Below, in pieces: positions 43,559 through 46,532 of a stretch of 46,532 nucleotides of DNA. The stretch is from the sequence record PZ379549.1; one strand, written 5' to 3'. Numbering within the stretch: position 1 is the stretch's first letter; each line of letters starts with the position of its first letter. Below the pieces are notes generated by a model. The model was not told the DNA's origin and made no database searches. It saw only the letters and a program-made list of their open reading frames with translations. Made by a program: the position numbers and the translations under genes. The DNA comes from a phage.

Positions 43559-46532
43559 TTAGTTGTAACCCCTCAGATAAGCAAAGGCTCTTCCGCCCTG
43601 CTGGAATGACTTGCTGATTTCCTCAGCAACGATAACCTTGACTCCAGATTCTATCGCCTTAGCATCATTTCCGCCACCAATTCCAGAGTTTACGTTAACC
43701 GTCACGCCGCCAACACTGACATTCGTGCCACCAACAACTCCACCATTAGCATAGCCAGAGGGCCCACCAACAGCGCCGCCATTTGCATAACCTCGCATTA
43801 GCTTGTACAGGTTCTTAACGCCAATCCTGCTTGTAGCTTCTTTTGTGAATACAAACTCACCGCGGTGCACAGTTCCAGCAGGTTGATACTTCCCGCCGTC
43901 TCCAGTGTAGCCGCCACCAGCAAAGCCAATTGCTGACTTTATTGACTCAAAGGCACTACCTGCTCCAGTGTCACCACCAAAGCTCTTAATTGTAGATTCA
44001 ATAGCCTTTACCAAAAGTAGCTGAGTTGCAATTTTCGCAATCATTTTCAGTATGTTTGCCGTGAACTCCCTGAAATTAGTCTCTCCAGTGGTTACAAGGT
44101 TTGTAATCTGGTCGGTAATTCCATCAAAAGCTGCGACAGTCAAATCCTTAGCAATTTGGTTGAAGTCAGTGTACTTCTCAGTTAAGTCAGCAAGCGTTGA
44201 AGTTACACCAGCTTGCCAGTCTGACCTTAGGTTATCTTCCTGCCTGTAGTATTCTTTTCTTGCTTCCAGCAGATTTTGGAAATCAACATCATTTACAGAG
44301 CCACCCTTGTTTACCTGATTGGACTCTAGCGCCTGAAGTTCTCCTGCCCTTTGCCGCTCCCTTTCGGATAGACCCGCAGCAAGTGAAACATTCTTCGCCT
44401 CATTGGTAATCTGTATTGTCTTCTTAAGGTTGTCATCAAGTAACTTGTTTGACCTCTCCTGAAGCACAATCTGGTCACCAAGTTCAGCCTTCTGTTTAGC
44501 CTGTTCAAGAATGATATTCTTCTGCGCAAGTAGCTTAGCCTGTGATTTTGTAAGCGTACCATCCGCTTGTCTTTGTTCAAGTATTGCAAACTTCGCTTCT
44601 TCCTGGAATAACTGCTTTCTTTCATTGCTTATTACATCATTTATCGTTCTGTGCTCTTGTAAGACCTTTAACTGAGCCTGAAGTGCAAGAACGCCAGATT
44701 CATAAGATAAAGTTAAATCACTTTCTTCTTTTACAGCCTTTTTCCTCTCACTCCTTGCTTTCTTTATCGCATCATACTCATCGGCAAGAGCCTTCTTCCT
44801 TGCTGCAAACTCCTTATCGGTTGATGCATTATTGCCGCTAAGGTTGGTGTTATTGTTGTTCTCGACATAACCAAGCTCACCCTTCCTGATTCTCGCATCT
44901 CGCTCAGCTATGCTTTTTGCTAACTCCTCATTTTGCTTCTTAGCTGCATCAACAATCTTTTGCTGCTCAGCGATTGCTTCATTGCCTAAATCGCCAAGTC
45001 CAGGTATTGACTGAAGTGTCTTGGTTGCTGCTATTGCAAACTCGCCCAATAGGATATCACCGGAGTTTATTAACGACCTTATCTGCTCAATAGTCCCAGC
45101 AACAACGTCAGTTATTAAGTTAAGCGCCCCAAGCGTCCTTTTGCTTATATCATCCCAAATCTCACTTACAAACTTCCTGAAGCTATTCCATGCGCTCTCA
45201 AGAGGGTTAAGGCTTAGTGCTACGTCTGCTAGCCTGTTTTCCATAACGTTAGCGAATAGCTCAGTAGCTGCGGTTACAGCCTCTGTTTCTCCAGCCGTCT
45301 TCCTGATATTCTCAATGTATTTCAATTGCCCAGACTGAAGGAAGTTGAACTGCTTATCGAGTGCAATCAGACCTTGAATTGGGTCCTTTGTAATCTGATC
45401 AAAGTATCCAAGAATAGTTTTCGAGTCTGTTGATGTTACAGTTGCCCATTGTGCTGTCGCCTTGGTTATCTTATCTATCTGCGTAAGAGTCAGATTACCG
45501 TTTGCTACCAGGCTGTTAGCTATCTCCTGGATAAGTCCGCGCGTGGCTAGTGTTGAACTCTCAATTCCATCAACAACCTGATTTATCTGCGCTGTCGACG
45601 TGATAGTTGAGTTGCCAACCAATGTTATCGTTGATGCTAGTCCGCGAGTGTTCTTGTCAGCCTGATAAGCAGCAACACCAAGAGCGCCGAGGGCCAAGCC
45701 CAAAGTCCCAACAACTGCCGTTAATGGGTTAATGGCTGCCAGTGCGAACCTTGCGGTGTTAGCAATACCACCAAAGCTATCCTTAATCTGCCCACCCTGC
45801 TGAATTGCAATTAGCCAGATTGGGATACCACCAGCTAGAGAGGTTCCGATATCTGTAATCTGCGCTGGAAGCTGTCGAATTGCTTGCTTGTATTGACCGG
45901 CACTAAGCCCAGACTTAACAAAAGCGGAGCTTTGCTTCTGCAATTGTACCGCAGATGCCTCGGCAGCCTTTCCAATCCTGTCGATAATCGGTGCAGCCTG
46001 GTCACCAACTCCTAGCTGAGCAGCCTTAAGCTGAAGAAGTTCAGTCCTTGTCAGGCTTGCTGCATTCGCCTCGTTCTCAAGAGATTGAATGAACTTTTGC
46101 GCTGCTGTTGTTGCTTTCTCTTTATCTATTGATGCCTGTAGTGCAGCCCTGCCTTCTTCGCTAAGAGCGGCTTTAGACCTGTTTAGCTTATTGATTTGAG
46201 TTTCAATAACAGAGCCAAGCCTGAAGAATTCATCATCAGGAACTATCCCGGATTCAAATGCTTTGTCCAAATCTGTTGCTGCTTTCTGCAACTTCAGGAA
46301 TTTAGCAGCGGTTGGGTCTATGGCTTGCTGAAGTGATGCGAAAGATTTGCGCTGCTCCTCAAGCTGCCTTGCAGTGTCCCTTGCTTGAGTCTTGGCTACA
46401 AGTTCGGCGTTGACGAAGCTATTAATGCCTGTTGCAGCTTGCTCGTTTGCTTGCCTGAATTTCTGTAAGGATTGCGTACCCTTATCGACCTGAGCTACGT
46501 CGACGGCTAGCGTGATACCAGCAATTTCGTTA
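43559..46532 (-). CDS. tail tape measure protein, 5' end runs off window
   Basis: Long alpha-helical Ala/Gln/Lys-rich ORF; track start 46291 is TTG; hand translation shows frame open from 46291 to 46532. Confidence 0.8.
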   Translation of the reverse strand, partial: NEIAGITLAVDVAQVDKGTQSLQKFRQANEQAATGINSFVNAELVAKTQARDTARQLEEQRKSFASLQQAIDPTAAKFLKLQKAATDLDKAFESGIVPDDEFFRLGSVIETQINKLNRSKAALSEEGRAALQASIDKEKATTAAQKFIQSLENEANAASLTRTELLQLKAAQLGVGDQAAPIIDRIGKAAEASAVQLQKQSSAFVKSGLSAGQYKQAIRQLPAQITDIGTSLAGGIPIWLIAIQQGGQIKDSFGGIANTARFALAAINPLTAVVGTLGLALGALGVAAYQADKNTRGLASTITLVGNSTITSTAQINQVVDGIESSTLATRGLIQEIANSLVANGNLTLTQIDKITKATAQWATVTSTDSKTILGYFDQITKDPIQGLIALDKQFNFLQSGQLKYIENIRKTAGETEAVTAATELFANVMENRLADVALSLNPLESAWNSFRKFVSEIWDDISKRTLGALNLITDVVAGTIEQIRSLINSGDILLGEFAIAATKTLQSIPGLGDLGNEAIAEQQKIVDAAKKQNEELAKSIAERDARIRKGELGYVENNNNTNLSGNNASTDKEFAARKKALADEYDAIKKARSERKKAVKEESDLTLSYESGVLALQAQLKVLQEHRTINDVISNERKQLFQEEAKFAILEQRQADGTLTKSQAKLLAQKNIILEQAKQKAELGDQIVLQERSNKLLDDNLKKTIQITNEAKNVSLAAGLSERERQRAGELQALESNQVNKGGSVNDVDFQNLLEARKEYYRQEDNLRSDWQAGVTSTLADLTEKYTDFNQIAKDLTVAAFDGITDQITNLVTTGETNFREFTANILKMIAKIATQLLLVKAIESTIKSFGGDTGAGSAFESIKSAIGFAGGGYTGDGGKYQPAGTVHRGEFVFTKEATSRIGVKNLYKLMRGYANGGAVGGPSGYANGGVVGGTNVSVGGVTVNVNSGIGGGNDAKAIESGVKVIVAEEISKSFQQGGRAFAYLRGYN

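Noticed and set aside
1-46532. Integrated prophage or temperate phage with integrase/attP
   Set aside because: No integrase, excisionase, CI/Cro-like immunity pair or tRNA-adjacent att site recognised; gene content fits a virulent T1-like phage. The single HTH protein is insufficient to call lysogeny

Overview
The window reads as an essentially complete, circularly permuted genome of a T1-like (Drexlerviridae-type) virulent siphophage of enterobacteria. This is inferred from gene content and order and from motifs recognised by eye; no database search was run. Layout: 1-16.2 kb (minus strand) tail chaperones G/GT, major tail protein, a frame-disrupted neck and major-capsid block, decoration, protease/scaffold, head morphogenesis, portal, an AT-rich moron, TerL, TerS, a tRNA-Arg(CCU), small ORFs and an HNH nuclease. 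16.2-20.7 kb (plus): AT-rich control region, small early-type ORFs and a P-loop ATPase. 20.7-28.0 kb (minus): T1-type lysis cassette (u-spanin, SAR endolysin, holin), P-loop kinase, HAD phosphatase, HTH-metallophosphoesterase, small ORFs, a VRR-NUC remnant and an SF2 helicase. 28.1-32.6 kb (plus): HTH protein, HNH-AP2 endonuclease, primase, long tail fiber. 32.7-35.3 kb (minus): SSB, Erf, exonuclease. 35.6-37.6 kb (plus): C5-methyltransferase, Cor-like lipoprotein, tail-associated protein. 37.6-46.5 kb (minus): lambda-like J, I, K, L, M and tape measure, whose ORF runs off the window end and resumes in frame at nt 1-8. The strongest non-genic signals are a palindromic box repeated at least 16 times at fixed distance from -10-like hexamers, two copies of an AT-rich control module, and clustered frame disruptions in otherwise conserved genes. 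No integrase, repressor/attP, CRISPR array or transposase was seen. The ORF track uses GTG/TTG starts shown as M, so several starts were moved to downstream ATGs with Shine-Dalgarno sites.
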